A stretch of DNA of 64,000 nucleotides from an uncultured delta proteobacterium (GCA_963850305.1 CAWKKR010000005.1:256001-320000); one strand, 5' to 3'; numbered from the stretch's first letter, positions 9,670 through 21,152 are shown. Notes: generated by a model from the sequence alone, not told the origin. Program-made: numbers and translations.

Positions 9670-11890
9670 GTGACGGACATCCCGACCCCCTCCAACGGTC
9701 CCACTCGGGCCGAGCTCGGCAGTACGCGTTCTGCTTTCGATGAAGTCTGGTTCGCTCTCCGGAAGAACTGGGCGCTCGCCGTCGGGACGGCAACGGCGGT
9801 CATCCTGGGCGTGGCGTTCTTCACCATTGGCCAGACGCGCATCTACGAGGTGAGCGCGGTCGTGTTGTTCGATCCGTCGGATCCGCACCCGCTCGGCAAT
9901 CAGTTCACGATCGTCGATACCGGCGGTCAGTACTGGAATAACAAGGAGTACTACAAGACGCAGATGTGGTTGCTGCAGTCCCCGCCGATTCTCGAGGCGG
10001 TCGTTCAGCAGCTCAACCTCAACAAGGACGTAACGTTCCTCGAGGGCTTACCCCGGAGTGCCCGACGTCTGCCGAAGGAGGTCTCGGTCAGCGCGGCCGC
10101 CGGGATCTTGTCCGCGTCGCTTTCCGTGGACGCGGTGAAGGAGAGCCGCCTCGCGGAAGTGAAGTTCCGCGACGCGGATCCGGAACGCGCGCAGCGGATC
10201 CTCACGGCGCTCATCGATACCTACGTGCAGAATAATCTCGACGAGCTGACGGCAGCATCGGTGACCGCGGCCGATTGGTTGCGGAACCAGCTGGACACCC
10301 TCGGCAAGGACCTCGACAACAGCGAGCTGGCACTCCACCAGTACAAGAAAGAAAAAAATATCCTGTATCTGTCGATGGACGACCAGTCGAACATGCTGCG
10401 TAACGAGATGCAGCAACTGAGCACCGCCCTGACGACGGCTCGCGCGAAGGCGGAGCAGATAGCGTCCCGGCGGGACCAGATCATGAAGGTCTCCGCGAAC
10501 GATGGACTGAATCTCCCCGTCAGCGAGGTTCTGAACAGTCCCACGGTGCAAGCGCTCGAGGGAGAGTACGTGAGCGCGAAGGGCAACCTGGATGCACTGA
10601 TCGCTTCGGGCAAGGGAGCCAATCACCCCGACGTGCGAGCGGCGACCGCTCACCTGGAAAACGTCCGAGCGGCGCTTCAGGTGGAAATCAACAATCTCAA
10701 AGGTGCGCTTGCCGGCGATCTCGCAGCGGCGGGTCGCGAGGAAGACGGACTCAAGAGGCTCTTCGAGGAAGCCCAGCAGAATGCGCTCGACCTGAACTTG
10801 CTCGAGATCGAATACGACAAGCTGCGTAGAACCAAGGAGAACAACGAAAAGCTGTTTTCCTTCGTCATGGAGCGCAGCAAGGAGAGCGATCTCGACGAAG
10901 ATGCTCCGGATCAACAACATCCGGATCGTGGAGCGACCCTCTCGGCCGCAGCAGCCGGTCGTGCCGAACGTTCTCTTGAACGGCCTCGTCGGTCTGGCGG
11001 CGGCGCTCGTGCTCGGGCTAGGGGTCGCGGTGGGTCGAGAACAGCTCGACCGCAGCATGAAGACTCCCGACGACCTCGAGCGGGAGCTCGGGCTGTCGTT
11101 CATCGGGCTGCTGCCTGCGGTGGATGTGGACGACGGCGCAATAGAGCTCATCCTGCACGAGAAACCGACGAGCGGCATCGCGGAAGCCGCGCGGGCCATC
11201 CGTACGAACGTGATGTTCATGTCACCGGACCGGCCTTATCGGACCGTGCTCGTGACGAGCGCCGGCCCCTCCGAGGGCAAGACCATGGTCGCTTGCTGTT
11301 TCGCGATCGCCATGGCGCAGGCGGGGCGCCGCGTCGTCCTCCTCGATTGCGACCTGAGGCGCCCGCGTCTTCACCGCATCTTCGGGAAGAGCCAGGAGGT
11401 CGGCATCACGACGGCCATCCTCGAGGCGAATCCCATCGTTTCCCGGATCGCGCAGGAGACCCAGGTCCCGAGGCTCTCCGTGGTCACGACGGGACCTCTG
11501 CCTCCGAATCCGTCGGAGATCTTCCACAGCGAGGCGTTTGCCAAGCTGCTCGAGGGGCTCAAGGCTCAGTTCGATTGCGTCGTGATCGACAGCCCCCCCG
11601 TGACTCCGGTGACCGACGCGACGATTCTCTCGGCCAGCGTCGATGGGACGTTGCTCGTCGTCCGTGCCTTTCAGACGTCCAAGGACCTCGCCCGCAGGGC
11701 CGCACGTTCCCTCGGAGACGTCGGGGCCCACATCATCGGCGGCATCCTCAACTCGGTCGACCTCAACCGGCACGAATACGGCTACCGATATTACTATTAT
11801 CAGAGGGAAGGGTACGCGGCGGCGTCCCAAGTTCCCCCTCCGCCTCGGAACGGACAGGGCGGAGACTCCGAGGACGTTTCGGCTTCGTGA
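9670..11890 (+). CDS. wzc: Wzc-type polysaccharide co-polymerase / tyrosine autokinase (frameshift near 10895)
   Basis: N-terminal TM and periplasmic coiled coil, then Walker A GPSEGKT, LLDCDLRRP, Walker B VVIDSPP and Tyr cluster YGYRYYYY in ORF 10901-11890. Confidence 0.92.
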
Positions 11891-11932
11891 GCTTCACGCG
11901 GCCGGGGTCGTGTCGCGGCCGAAACGGTACAT

Positions 11933-13046
11933 ATGCACCATTCCCTCGCAGCCGCCTTCGGATCGAAACGCGTTCCGTGACCGGGAACACGGGCTTCAAG
12001 GGCTCCTGGCTCGGCATCTGGCTGAGCCGTCTCGGCGCGCGGGTCACGGGGTACTCGCTCCCGCCTCCGTCCACGCCGAGTCTCTACGAAGCCGCCGATG
12101 TGCGGCGACTGGTTGAAGCAGACTATCGAGCCGACATCCGGGACGCGCCCGCGGTCGACCGCGCCGTGCGCGAGGCCCAGCCGGACATAGTCTTCCATCT
12201 GGCAGCTCAGCCGCTCGTCCTCGGGGATACGAGGCTCCGGCGGAGACGTTCGCTACGAACGTCATGGGCACGGTCAACCTGCTCGAGGCGATACGCAGGG
12301 CAGGACGGCCGTGCATCATCGTCGTCGTCACCACGGACAAGTGCTACGTAAACCGCGAAGTAGTCTGGGGCTACCGCGAGGAAGATCCGCTCGGTGGCGC
12401 CGATCCGTATAGCGCCAGCAAAGCCGCGACGGAGATCGCCGCCGCTGCGTACGCGAGGTCGTTCTTTGAAGGAGGGAGCGTGGGCCAGGCGGGCATCCGG
12501 ATGGCGACCGCGCGGGCCGGCAACGTCATCGGCGGCGGCGACTGGGCGGCGAATCGGCTAGTCCCGGACATCGTGAAGGCGATCGCCTCCGGAAAGCGTG
12601 TTCAGATCAGAAATCCCACCGCGATTCGACCCTGGCAACACGTCTTGGAGCCGCTGGCAGGGTACCTCGCGCTGGCGTCGGCCATGTCGGGCGAATGGGA
12701 GCACGGCCCGGGGAGCTCCTGGAATTTCGGCCCGCGTTCGGGGGACGAATTGCCCGTGCGGACACTGGTGAACCGGCTCTGCGCCGTCTGGGGGCGTGGG
12801 AGTTATGACGAGGTGCCCGACGCGCGAGCGCCGCATGAAGCCGGGATCCTCCGGTTGAGCATCGACAAGGCGCTCAGCGGTCTTCCCTGGGCGCCGAAGT
12901 GGACCGCCGACGAGGCAATCGCACGCACCGCAGGCTGGTACCGGGGCTGTTACGAGGTCCCGGGATTTTCGGCGTACGACGCCTGCATGCAGGACATCGA
13001 CGCGTACTTCGAACCCGTGGACGGGCGCTTGGCCGAGTCCGAATAG
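11933..13046 (+). CDS. rfbG: CDP-glucose 4,6-dehydratase (frameshifted)
   Basis: VTGNTGFKGSWL, FHLAAQPLV, TTDKCY, DPYSASK, RAGNVIGGGDW, RPWQHVLEPL. Confidence 0.93.
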
Positions 13047-13095
13047 CCGCGGGGCCAGCTCGGGCGAGCGAGGGGCGGCTCTGAGGACGCGCGTC

Positions 13096-14163
13096 TCATT
13101 GCGATGCGAGGAGCGACTCGAAGACGGCGTCCCACCTGGCGAGTGAACGCTCCTCGGAGTGTTCGGCCGTGACGTATCGTCTTCCGGCCATGCCGGCCTC
13201 CCTGCGGGCGGTCTCGTCCTCGCCGAATCGCTCGAGCAACGACTCCCACTCGGACGGCGTCCTCGCGTACATCCGGATCCCGGCGGCATCCATCGTTCTG
13301 ACGTACGCTGGCGTGGCCGACGTGATGGTGGGCATCCCCATGCGCCAGAACAGGAGAAGTTTGTTCTCTGGCTTGGCAACGTAGACGGGATCACTCATGA
13401 GGATGGGGATGAAGGCCAGATCGCACGCGGTAGCGACGTGCGCGAGCATCATCGGGTTGTAGTCATACATGAACGTCGGGACGTGGCGGTCGAGGCCGCT
13501 CAGCAGCCGACGCGTGGGCAGCTCCGGCACGGGCGCATTGAAGGGCTTCTGCCATGTATCGGTGAAGAGATGCAAGGCGACGGGACGGCGTCTCGAGAGC
13601 CGAAGCAGCGCATCGCGAACCTCGACGAACACCACCAGGTTGCCGCCGATCCCCTCCCAGAACAGGTGCAGGGTCTCGCCGGCCGCCCGGTAATCGTCCT
13701 TCGTCCGGCGAACGTCGTCCACGTGAAAATCCAGGATCGGATGGACGTTCGGGCTCAGCTCGTCGAGCTTCTTCTTCTGTTCGGAGGTGCTGCAGACGAC
13801 GGCGTCCGAGCGGGAGAAGATACGGCGGAGCGAGTCCTTGTAGTCCCACTCGAGGTGGCGGTGTTGCCGGAACGCGAACTTTGCCGCTCCACGGAGGCGC
13901 GACTTCCACAGGTGGTCGTCGATGTCGAGATTCGAGTCGGGCATGTCGCACACGAGGCGGGCGCCCCCGCGAGGCAATCGGCTCCACCGGGTCAAATCCG
14001 CGAGCGGGCTCAGCACCACGACGTCGTAGTCTTGGCCCTCGCGGTACACCTCCCAGTCGAGCTTCCGCGCACGCGCATAGTGGCAGAACCTTCGCCGGTC
14101 GCCGGGAGCCGACAGGTCAGGCCGGTTCGGGACGTAGGCGACCTTGCGTCTGGTGGCAGCCAC
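13096..14163 (-). CDS. Putative GT-B glycosyltransferase (start approximate)
   Basis: SAPGDRRRF, DAVVCST, FWEGIGGN, KPENKLLLFWRMGMPTITSATPAY resemble GT4-like folds; cluster context. Confidence 0.65.
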   Translation of the reverse strand: MAATRRKVAYVPNRPDLSAPGDRRRFCHYARARKLDWEVYREGQDYDVVVLSPLADLTRWSRLPRGGARLVCDMPDSNLDIDDHLWKSRLRGAAKFAFRQHRHLEWDYKDSLRRIFSRSDAVVCSTSEQKKKLDELSPNVHPILDFHVDDVRRTKDDYRAAGETLHLFWEGIGGNLVVFVEVRDALLRLSRRRPVALHLFTDTWQKPFNAPVPELPTRRLLSGLDRHVPTFMYDYNPMMLAHVATACDLAFIPILMSDPVYVAKPENKLLLFWRMGMPTITSATPAYVRTMDAAGIRMYARTPSEWESLLERFGEDETARREAGMAGRRYVTAEHSEERSLARWDAVFESLLASQ

Positions 14164-14168
14164 TTCCT

Positions 14169-15076
14169 TCAGCCCCCCACTTCCTTCTGGAGAGACCGGA
14201 CAACGTCCCTCAGACCGCTTTCCATGTCGTGTTGCGGACGGAACCCCACGTCGTCGCGGAGTCGTCGGATGTCCGCCGCGAGAAAGGGCGGGTCCCCTTG
14301 GGGGGCGGGCACGGCGCCAATCCGAAGCAGCGGGCTCGCGGAGGTGAGCTCCCCGAGCAACTCCACGACGCGACGGAGTCGTACGGGCTCTCCCGATGCG
14401 ACATTGACGGCGCCGGATATCCGCGACTCGAGGAGCGCCACCATCGCGCCCGCAACGTCGTCGACGTGCATGAGGTCTCGCACCTGCTCTCCGTGCGACG
14501 TGGGGGCCTCCTTGCCGCCGAGCAGCGCGCGGACCACGGAGGCAACGAGCCGGCGTGGATCTTCGTCCGGTCCGTAGAGGTGGAAGATTCTCCCCCAGAC
14601 GACCTCGAGACCCGTGGTGGCGCCGTACGCCATGACGAATCCGCCGGGTGGCGTCCTTGCTCACGCCGTAGGGTGTCGCCGGGTTCAGCGGCGTCGTGTT
14701 CTCGCTGCACCACCCGTACGCCCAGTCGTATTCTGCGCAGCTGCCGGCGAACGCCGCTCGGCAGGCCCCCGGCTTCTCTGAAGCGACGGACGAGCTCTAG
14801 CGTGGCCGCGCTCCACGCGAGGTTCTGCGGCGAAGTCCAGAACGCGCCTGTCTCCGCGTACCAGGCCAGGTGCAGCAAATGGGTGGCTCGAACGCTCTCC
14901 ACGAGCGCGGCTTGGGCTGCGAAGTCCTGGAGATCGCAGCGGTGCCATGTCGCGCCTGCGACCGGCACCGTTCTCGTTGCTCCGACGGCATGAACCTCGA
15001 ATCCGCGCTCCACCAGGAGGGGCACGGTGCGACGTCCGATGAAGCCGGACGCTCCGGTGACGAGAACGCGGTTCAT
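14169..15076 (-). CDS. NAD-dependent epimerase / NDP-4-keto-sugar reductase (frameshifted)
   Basis: RVLVTGASGFIG, LLHLAW, GRIFHLYGP, RDLMHVDD across frames. Confidence 0.85.
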
Positions 15077-15610
15077 GCGAGGGCGACGAACGGCGGAAAG
15101 CCCAGGTCCCGCTCCGATACGACGGTCGGGCGCTCCGGCCATTGTATGGAAAATCCCGGATCGTCGTACCGATACCCTGCGGCGGCCTCAGCCACGAACG
15201 CGTTCCCCATCAGATAAAGGATCTCGGTCTCGGCCTCGAGGGTGACGAATCCGTGTGCGAACCCCTCCGGCACGTACAGCGCACGGTGCGTCCCTCCGTC
15301 CAACTCCGCACCAAACCACCTCGTGTATGTGGCCGAACCGGGGCGCACATCGACGATCACGTCGAATATCTTGCCGCGGGTGACCCGGATAACCTTGGTT
15401 TCGCCGTGTGGATCACGCTGATAGTGCAGCCCGCGCAGCGTTCCACGGCGATCGTTGGACGATATGTTCGCCTGGACGACTGCGAGGATTCAGCCCCATC
15501 CGGGCAAACTCCTCCACGCAAAAAGCCCGGGCAAAACCGCCTCGGTCGTCCTTCCGCCATTCGAGGTCGATCAAGAAGGCTCCCCGTAGCGGTGTCGGCG
15601 TGAAGATCAT
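15073..15610 (-). CDS. rfbC: RmlC/RfbC-family NDP-4-keto-6-deoxyhexose 3,5-epimerase (frameshifted)
   Basis: MIFTPTPLRGAFLID, DDRGGFARAF, VDVRPGSAT, LYVPEGFAHGF. Confidence 0.9.
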
Positions 15611-16856
15611 TTCACAATCTCGAATTCCGGGACCGCAAAGATGAAGTTGCCCCCCCAGGCCCGAACGTAATCGAGCTGAGACAGGAGCTCGTCCCTCAGA
15701 ATTCCAGGGGAGCACGAGCACGTAATCCGGTCGAGCCCGCTCAAGCGCGTCTGGAGCGAAGATGGGAATGTGCGTCCGGGAAGGAAGCGACCCTGCTTGT
15801 GCGGGCTCCGGTCCACGGTAAATTCGATGAAAATCTTCCCGGATCCCGCAATAGTTTAGCAGGGTGTTGCCCTTGGCGGGAGCGCCATACGCCGCAATTC
15901 GCTTCCCGGCTTCCCTGGCCTCGATGAGAAACCGCAGCAGATCTCGCTTCACCTTCTCGACGCGCTCGCGAAAGCTCTCGTAGACCTCGACCCCCGTGTA
16001 TCCGACTGCGCGCTCGTGATCCAAGAGAGCGCGGACCCGACCCGAGGTTTCCTTACTCCGATCCTCCTTCGTGCCGCACGAACACCCGCAGCGAGCCGCC
16101 GTGTGTCGAGAGGTCTTCGACGTCGAATGCCGTGAGCCCGGCCGTCGCGAAGGCCCGCTCTGCGGCAGAAATGAAAAGTAACTGTAGTGCTCGTGGTAGA
16201 TGGTATCGAATTGATTCCCTCCGACGAGCCGCTCGAGATGGGGAAACTCGAGACTGATCACTCCGCCGGGCGCCAGCAACGTCTTCATGCCCCCGAGGAA
16301 GCTCAGGAGAATCGGGCACGTGAGCGAGGACGTTGTTGCCGACGATGAGGTCCGCTCGCTTGCCGTCCGCCACTAGGGCGGACGCTGACTCCCGGCCGAA
16401 GAACTCGACGCGCGTCGGAATATGCCTCTGCTCGACGGCCACCTTCGCGACGTTCGCTGCTGGCTCGATGCCGAGGACCGGGATCCCCAGGGCGGCGAAG
16501 TATTGAAGCAGGTATCCGTCGTTGCTCGCAAGCTCCACGACGAGACTTGCGGAGTCGAGGCCGAAGCGTTCCGCTGCCATCTCAGCGAAGCGCTTCGCGT
16601 GCTCGAGCCAGGACACCGAGTACGAAGAGAAGTAGAGGTACTCGGAAGCGAAGATATGCTCCGGGCGCTCAGCCTCGGGCAACTGGACGAGCTTGCACTC
16701 ATCGCAGACGTACGTTCGAAGGGGGAGGAACGCCTCCATCGCGCACAGCTGGTCATCTCGCAGGTAAGAGTTCGATAGAGGGGACATCCCGAGGTCGACG
16801 AAGATGCGGGAGAGAGGGCTGTTGCACAGTCGGCACTTCAGGCCGGTGTCGGTCAT
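15607..16856 (-). CDS. NDP-sugar C-methyltransferase (zinc-binding N-terminus, class I SAM domain; frameshifted)
   Basis: CRLC...DLGMSPLSN, CDECKLVQL, ELASNDGYLL, NNVLAHVPD, DTIYHEHYSYFS, YGAPAKGNTLLNYCG, VLPWN. Confidence 0.9.
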
Positions 16857-16911
16857 GGTCCACCTCCGTGTTCGTTTGCGTCCCGGCGTGCGGCGGTCCT
16901 CAGGCGGCCGA

Positions 16912-17686
16912 TCACGCCCACGCCTTCCAGGGCGCCGCTCCGCTTGCCCAGAGAGCCTCGAGTTCGCGCATATCGCGAAGCGTGTCGACCGGATGCCAGA
17001 AGCCCGGGTGGTGGAACGCGGACAGCTGCCCCTCCCGCGCGAGCCGTTCCATCGGCTGCCGCTCCCACACGGTCGAGTCGCCTTCGATGTAGTCGAGCAC
17101 CTCGGGACGGAGGACGAAGAAGCCGCCGTTAATCCATCCACCGTCGCCTAGCGGCTTCTCGAGAAATCATCGCACCTTCGTGTCTTCCAGGTCCAGGGCG
17201 CCGAAGCGAGCCGGGGGTCTCGTCGCCGTCACGGTCGCGAGCGTCCCCTGTTCTCGTGCGAATCGCACGAGAGCGCGGATGTCCACGTTACTGACGCCGT
17301 CGCCGTAGGTCATGCAGAATGGCTCCGACGCCTCCAGGTATTGCCCGATGCGCTTCAGTCGGCCACCTGTCATGGTGACCTCGCCCGTGTCTACAAGGGT
17401 GACGCGCCAGGACTCCGACTTCGTAGCGTGGACCTCGATGCTATTTCGCTTCAGGTCGAATCGTGACGTCGGACGTATGAAGGAAGTAGTTGGCAAAGAA
17501 CTCCTTGATGACGTGCCCCTTGTACCCGAGGCAGACGATGAAGTCATCGAAGCCATGGGCCGCATAGCCGTTCATGATGTGCCACAGTAGGGGCTTTCCA
17601 CCAATCTCGACCATTGGCTTCGGACGCACCGCCGTTTCCTCGGCGAGCCGCGTTCCGAGCCCGCCTGCCAGTATCACGACTTTCAT
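16912..17686 (-). CDS. rfbF: Glucose-1-phosphate cytidylyltransferase (frameshifted)
   Basis: [63 protein letters not shown]. Confidence 0.93.
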
Positions 17687-17801
17687 GGCACTCCGCTCGA
17701 ATGGCCCGGTACCAGAATTTCCCCCCGGCAAGCCAGTGTCCGAACGGCGCAGGCAGCTGCGGCGGAGCAGGACCTTTGCTGGTTCATTCCGCCCGTTTAC
17801 T

Positions 17802-18158
17802 TCAAACCCCCGCCGCCGCGCCTAGCCGCAGCCCGCCGCCGACCTGACATGCCACCCCGCCAAGACCCATCGACGCCGCCCCGGCCTCGAGCGTCTGAAC
17901 GACGCGGTGGCCCTCTTCGGCGTCGGTCATGACGGAATATGCCGTCGAGGATCGCGTCCACGAAGTGCTCGGCTTCGCACGCGAGCGGCTCCCTTCGCGA
18001 GGTCTCGATGGCCTCTTCGGAGCTCTCGAGCGACGGCGTTCGGAGCGAATCCCGCGGAGTAGGCCGAGCGTGCCATCTTCCACCAGTTCGCCACGCGGCT
18101 CAAGCCTTCGGCTCGTCCGATGGGAGGCGCGCCGCCGGTAAATGGGGACGGTGGGCTG
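17802..18158. pseudogene. Deleted, diverged remnant copy of the Gfo/Idh/MocA and DegT genes found at 24048-25742
   Basis: Three colinear blocks match about 24048-24240, 24586-24645 and 25677-25742; TDAEEGHRVVQTLEAGAASMGLGG versus intact TDAHEGHRVVQTLEAGSASMALGG. Confidence 0.85.
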
Positions 18159-18490
18159 CGGGAGCGACGCTTGAGCACGGAGCTGTGCTCGTTCGCTCGC
18201 GGCTCAGCGCCGGCACGTCGATGGGATGCCGGTTAAAGGGTCGCCGCGCCGATCGCATTCACGGGGAGCTGTACGCGCACTGGAAGCCGATGCCCGGGGA
18301 GAACTCCCGCTCCAAGTAGCCCGCGTCCCGCATCGACGTGCGCGCGTACGCAAAGTTCGCGGCGGACGCCACTCCGACGGTATAGACCCCCGGTTTACGT
18401 CCATCAAGCACCGATTCTGTGGTTCAAGAGAAGCCGGACCTGTAACCAAGGGTCCCGGTCTATTCCGTCACCCAGGCACCCGGTCGCTCA

Positions 18491-18807
18491 CGGGATCATG
18501 CACACTCCCGCCGGGATCACGCGTCCTCCCGTCGGGATCACGCGTCCTCCCGTCGGGATCACGCGTCCTCCGCCCCGGATCACGCGTCCTCCCGCCAGGA
18601 TCACGCGTCCTCCCAGCCGGGATCACCGACACTCCCGTCGGGATCACCGACACTCCCGCCGGGATCACCGACACTCCCGCCGGGATCACGCGTCCTCCCG
18701 CCGGGATCACGCGTCCTCCCGTCGGGATCACGCGTCCTCCCGTCGGGATCACGCGTCCTCCCGTCGGGATCACGCGTCCTCCCGTCGGGATCACGCGACA
18801 AACCCAG
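18491..18807. repeat. Tandem array of about 15 x 21-bp units, consensus CGGGATCACGCGTCCTCCCG(T/C)
   Basis: Units counted at 18491, 18512, 18533, 18554, 18575, 18596, 18618, 18639, 18660, 18681, 18702, 18723, 18744, 18765, 18786; units 7-9 are a CCGACACT variant. Confidence 0.95.
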
Positions 18808-19316
18808 CGGGAGGACCGACGATCCCGTCGGGATCGTCGGTTACCCTGGTGAGGTCGCTGCCGATGCCGGGAGAACCGGCGCCCGTGCCGCCGCGCCGGT
18901 CGATGATCCCGCGCGGCAACGGCGCTGATCTCCGCGGGATCGTCGGTCATCGCGGCGAGATCGGCGTCGACCTCGCGCGGGATGGCGCTGGCCCCGGCGG
19001 TCGAAGGCACCCTGTCGACGAGGTCGCGAGCAAGCGCGGCGTGCGAGGCAGGTAACGCGCGCAGCGATCGGTCCACCCTGCATCGCGATCGATCGTGACC
19101 TCGTCGCAGTGCGCAGGCTGCTTCGCGACCGCGTGGCCGACGCGTGAGAAGTGTCGTCGAAATGCGTCGGTGTGGGACGCCACTCACACTTGTCCGGCGG
19201 GCCCGGGAGCGCCGACAGCGATTGATCCGGAAGATTTGAAGTGGCTCCGGGTTTGCAATGGGGTGTGCGGCGCTCATTTCGAGCGTCGAACCACAAATAG
19301 AACAGGAATATGTGTC

Positions 19317-19892
19317 ATGGCCCAGAATCCAAGCAAAGTAGTTCTCATCAATATGGAGGAGAACCTGATCTCGGGACTCGCGAAGCTCGCGCCCGACGTG
19401 AGCTTGCCCGTGGCGGGCAAGCTCGTCACGAGCAAGGAGCTGCAAGCGCAGATTCAAGCTCACGTGGATACGATGAACTCGTCGAACGACGCGCGAGCGA
19501 AGTTCCTCGAGCTCGTCGGTCTCGACAAATCGCAGCGGGCCGGCATCAAGCCGATCCTCGATGCGGTCCGGAGCTACGCCGCTGGACTCTACGGAGAGAA
19601 CAGCGCGGAGTTCGCCTCCTTCGGCCTCAAGCCGAGGAAGGTGGCGCAGCGGACGCCCCTGTCGAAGGTGGAGGCAGCAGAGAAGCTGCGCGCAACCCGC
19701 GTGGCCCGTCACACGATGGGCAAGGTGCAGCGTTCGGCGATACACGGTGTGGTACCGACGAACGGACCCGTTCCGACGTCGCCCACGCCGGGCGCACCCG
19801 TCGTCTCGCCGCCGGTGACTCAAGCACCGATCGTCGTGACGCCCGTGAGCCCCGCACCGATCGTGAGTCCCACGCCACCCGCGACGCCCTGA
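19317..19892 (+). CDS. Hypothetical helical protein with basic C-terminal segment and Pro/Thr/Val-rich tail
   Basis: Clean 191-aa ORF with AGGA upstream and strong G/C third positions: MAQNPSKVVL...FGLKPRK...KLRATRVARHTMGKVQR...PTSPTPGAP. Confidence 0.85.
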   Translation: MAQNPSKVVLINMEENLISGLAKLAPDVSLPVAGKLVTSKELQAQIQAHVDTMNSSNDARAKFLELVGLDKSQRAGIKPILDAVRSYAAGLYGENSAEFASFGLKPRKVAQRTPLSKVEAAEKLRATRVARHTMGKVQRSAIHGVVPTNGPVPTSPTPGAPVVSPPVTQAPIVVTPVSPAPIVSPTPPATP

Positions 19893-19964
19893 CGGAGGCG
19901 CGAACGGCGCACCGACGGCCAGCGTCGTCATGAACGGAGCGGCGCATTGAGAAGCGCGCGGAAT

Positions 19965-20000
19965 GCCGCGGGGAGTCTCGAAGCAATGGCTCCCCGCGGC
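19965..20000. terminator. GC-rich hairpin between convergent genes (possible terminator or processing stem)
   Basis: GCCGCGGGGAG(19965-19975), 14-nt loop, CTCCCCGCGGC(19990-20000); no U-tract. Confidence 0.4.
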
Positions 20001-20115
20001 GATGGGGATCGTGGAGGTGACGGTGACGTGTGACGACCTCGTCGAGATCAAATGTGGGCGGACCTGAAGGCCATTTTGCCAAGCAGCGTCGACCCGGCGA
20101 TCGCGGTGCTTTCGT

Positions 20116-21099
20116 TCAGACCGCGTAAGTTGCGTGCCTGAAACGATCCTGATGAGCGCGGATCCATTCGACCGTCTGACGTAGGCCGTCCTCGAGAGTA
20201 ACCTTCGACCGCCATCCGAGGACGGAATGGGCGACGGCTGGGTCGCATACTAGTCGGTCGACTTCACTTCCGGGCGGGCGAACCCTCGCCTCGTCGGACT
20301 CCACCGCGAGCTGTTTCCCGACGAGGCGTTCGACCTGCTGGAGCAAGTCGCCCATGCTCACTTCGCGACCAGTTCCGACCTGGATCGTCTTGCCGACCGC
20401 CGCGTCCGCAATCGCGGCGCGCACGAACGCGTCTGCGGTGTCGGTTACGAAGTTGAAGTCCCGAGTTGGCGACAGATTTCCTAGGCGAACTTTGGCGCCG
20501 CGGAGGGCCTGGCTGATGATGGTCGGGATGACCGCGCGGGCGGATTGTCGCGGACCATACGTGTTGAAGGGCCTCAACGTTGCGACGGGAAGATCGAATG
20601 ACAGATAATAGCTTTCCGCGAGTTTGTCGGCCCCGATCTTGCTAGCCGAGTATGGGGATTGGCCCCTCAGCGGGTGCAGCTCCGTAATCGGCACGAACTG
20701 AGCCGTTCCGTAAACCTCGCTCGTCGAGGTATGAACGACCCGGCGAACGTTGCGACGACGCGCGGACTCCAAAACGTTGAGCGTACCTTCCACGTTGGTC
20801 CGAACGTAAGCCAGCGGCGTTCGGTACGAATAAGGGATGCCGATCAAAGCAGCGAGATGGAAGATGGTGTCGACGCCCTTGGTTGCCTCGTCGACGCTAT
20901 CTGCATCTCGGACGTCGCCCTGAAAAATCTCGACGTCGTCCCTGACGGGCGAAGCGTCGAGGAAGCCCGCGGAACCGGAGGAATTGTAGTGAACGAACGC
21001 GCGGGTTCGGGCTCCGAGTTTCGTCAGCTGTTCCGTGAGATGGCTTCCGATGAAGCCCGCGGCGCCGGTAATCAGAACGACACGCTTGTCCCAGTCCAT
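20116..21099 (-). CDS. NAD-dependent NDP-sugar 4,6-dehydratase (LegB-like)
   Basis: LITGAAGFIGSHL, FHLAALIGIPYSY, HTSTSEVYGTA, GQSPYSASK, RPFNTYGPRQSARAVIP. Confidence 0.9.
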   Translation of the reverse strand: MDWDKRVVLITGAAGFIGSHLTEQLTKLGARTRAFVHYNSSGSAGFLDASPVRDDVEIFQGDVRDADSVDEATKGVDTIFHLAALIGIPYSYRTPLAYVRTNVEGTLNVLESARRRNVRRVVHTSTSEVYGTAQFVPITELHPLRGQSPYSASKIGADKLAESYYLSFDLPVATLRPFNTYGPRQSARAVIPTIISQALRGAKVRLGNLSPTRDFNFVTDTADAFVRAAIADAAVGKTIQVGTGREVSMGDLLQQVERLVGKQLAVESDEARVRPPGSEVDRLVCDPAVAHSVLGWRSKVTLEDGLRQTVEWIRAHQDRFRHATYAV

Positions 21100-21152
21100 G
21101 CAAAACCCGTGAAAAGAGGATATCAGCCCGGTAACGATGCCGCCAACCAAAG

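Noticed and set aside
9670..12351. 893-aa ORF suggesting a Wzc-RfbG fusion
   Set aside because: After about 10895 the frame is nonsense until it happens to rejoin the rfbG frame; the true Wzc kinase is in ORF 10901-11890
17802..18158. Ghost copy as a DGR template/variable repeat pair with 24048-24240
   Set aside because: Differences involve all bases and follow codon structure, the remnant spans two different genes, and no reverse transcriptase is present
18491..18807. 21-bp array as a CRISPR or DGR template
   Set aside because: No spacers, no reverse transcriptase, and variation is not adenine-specific
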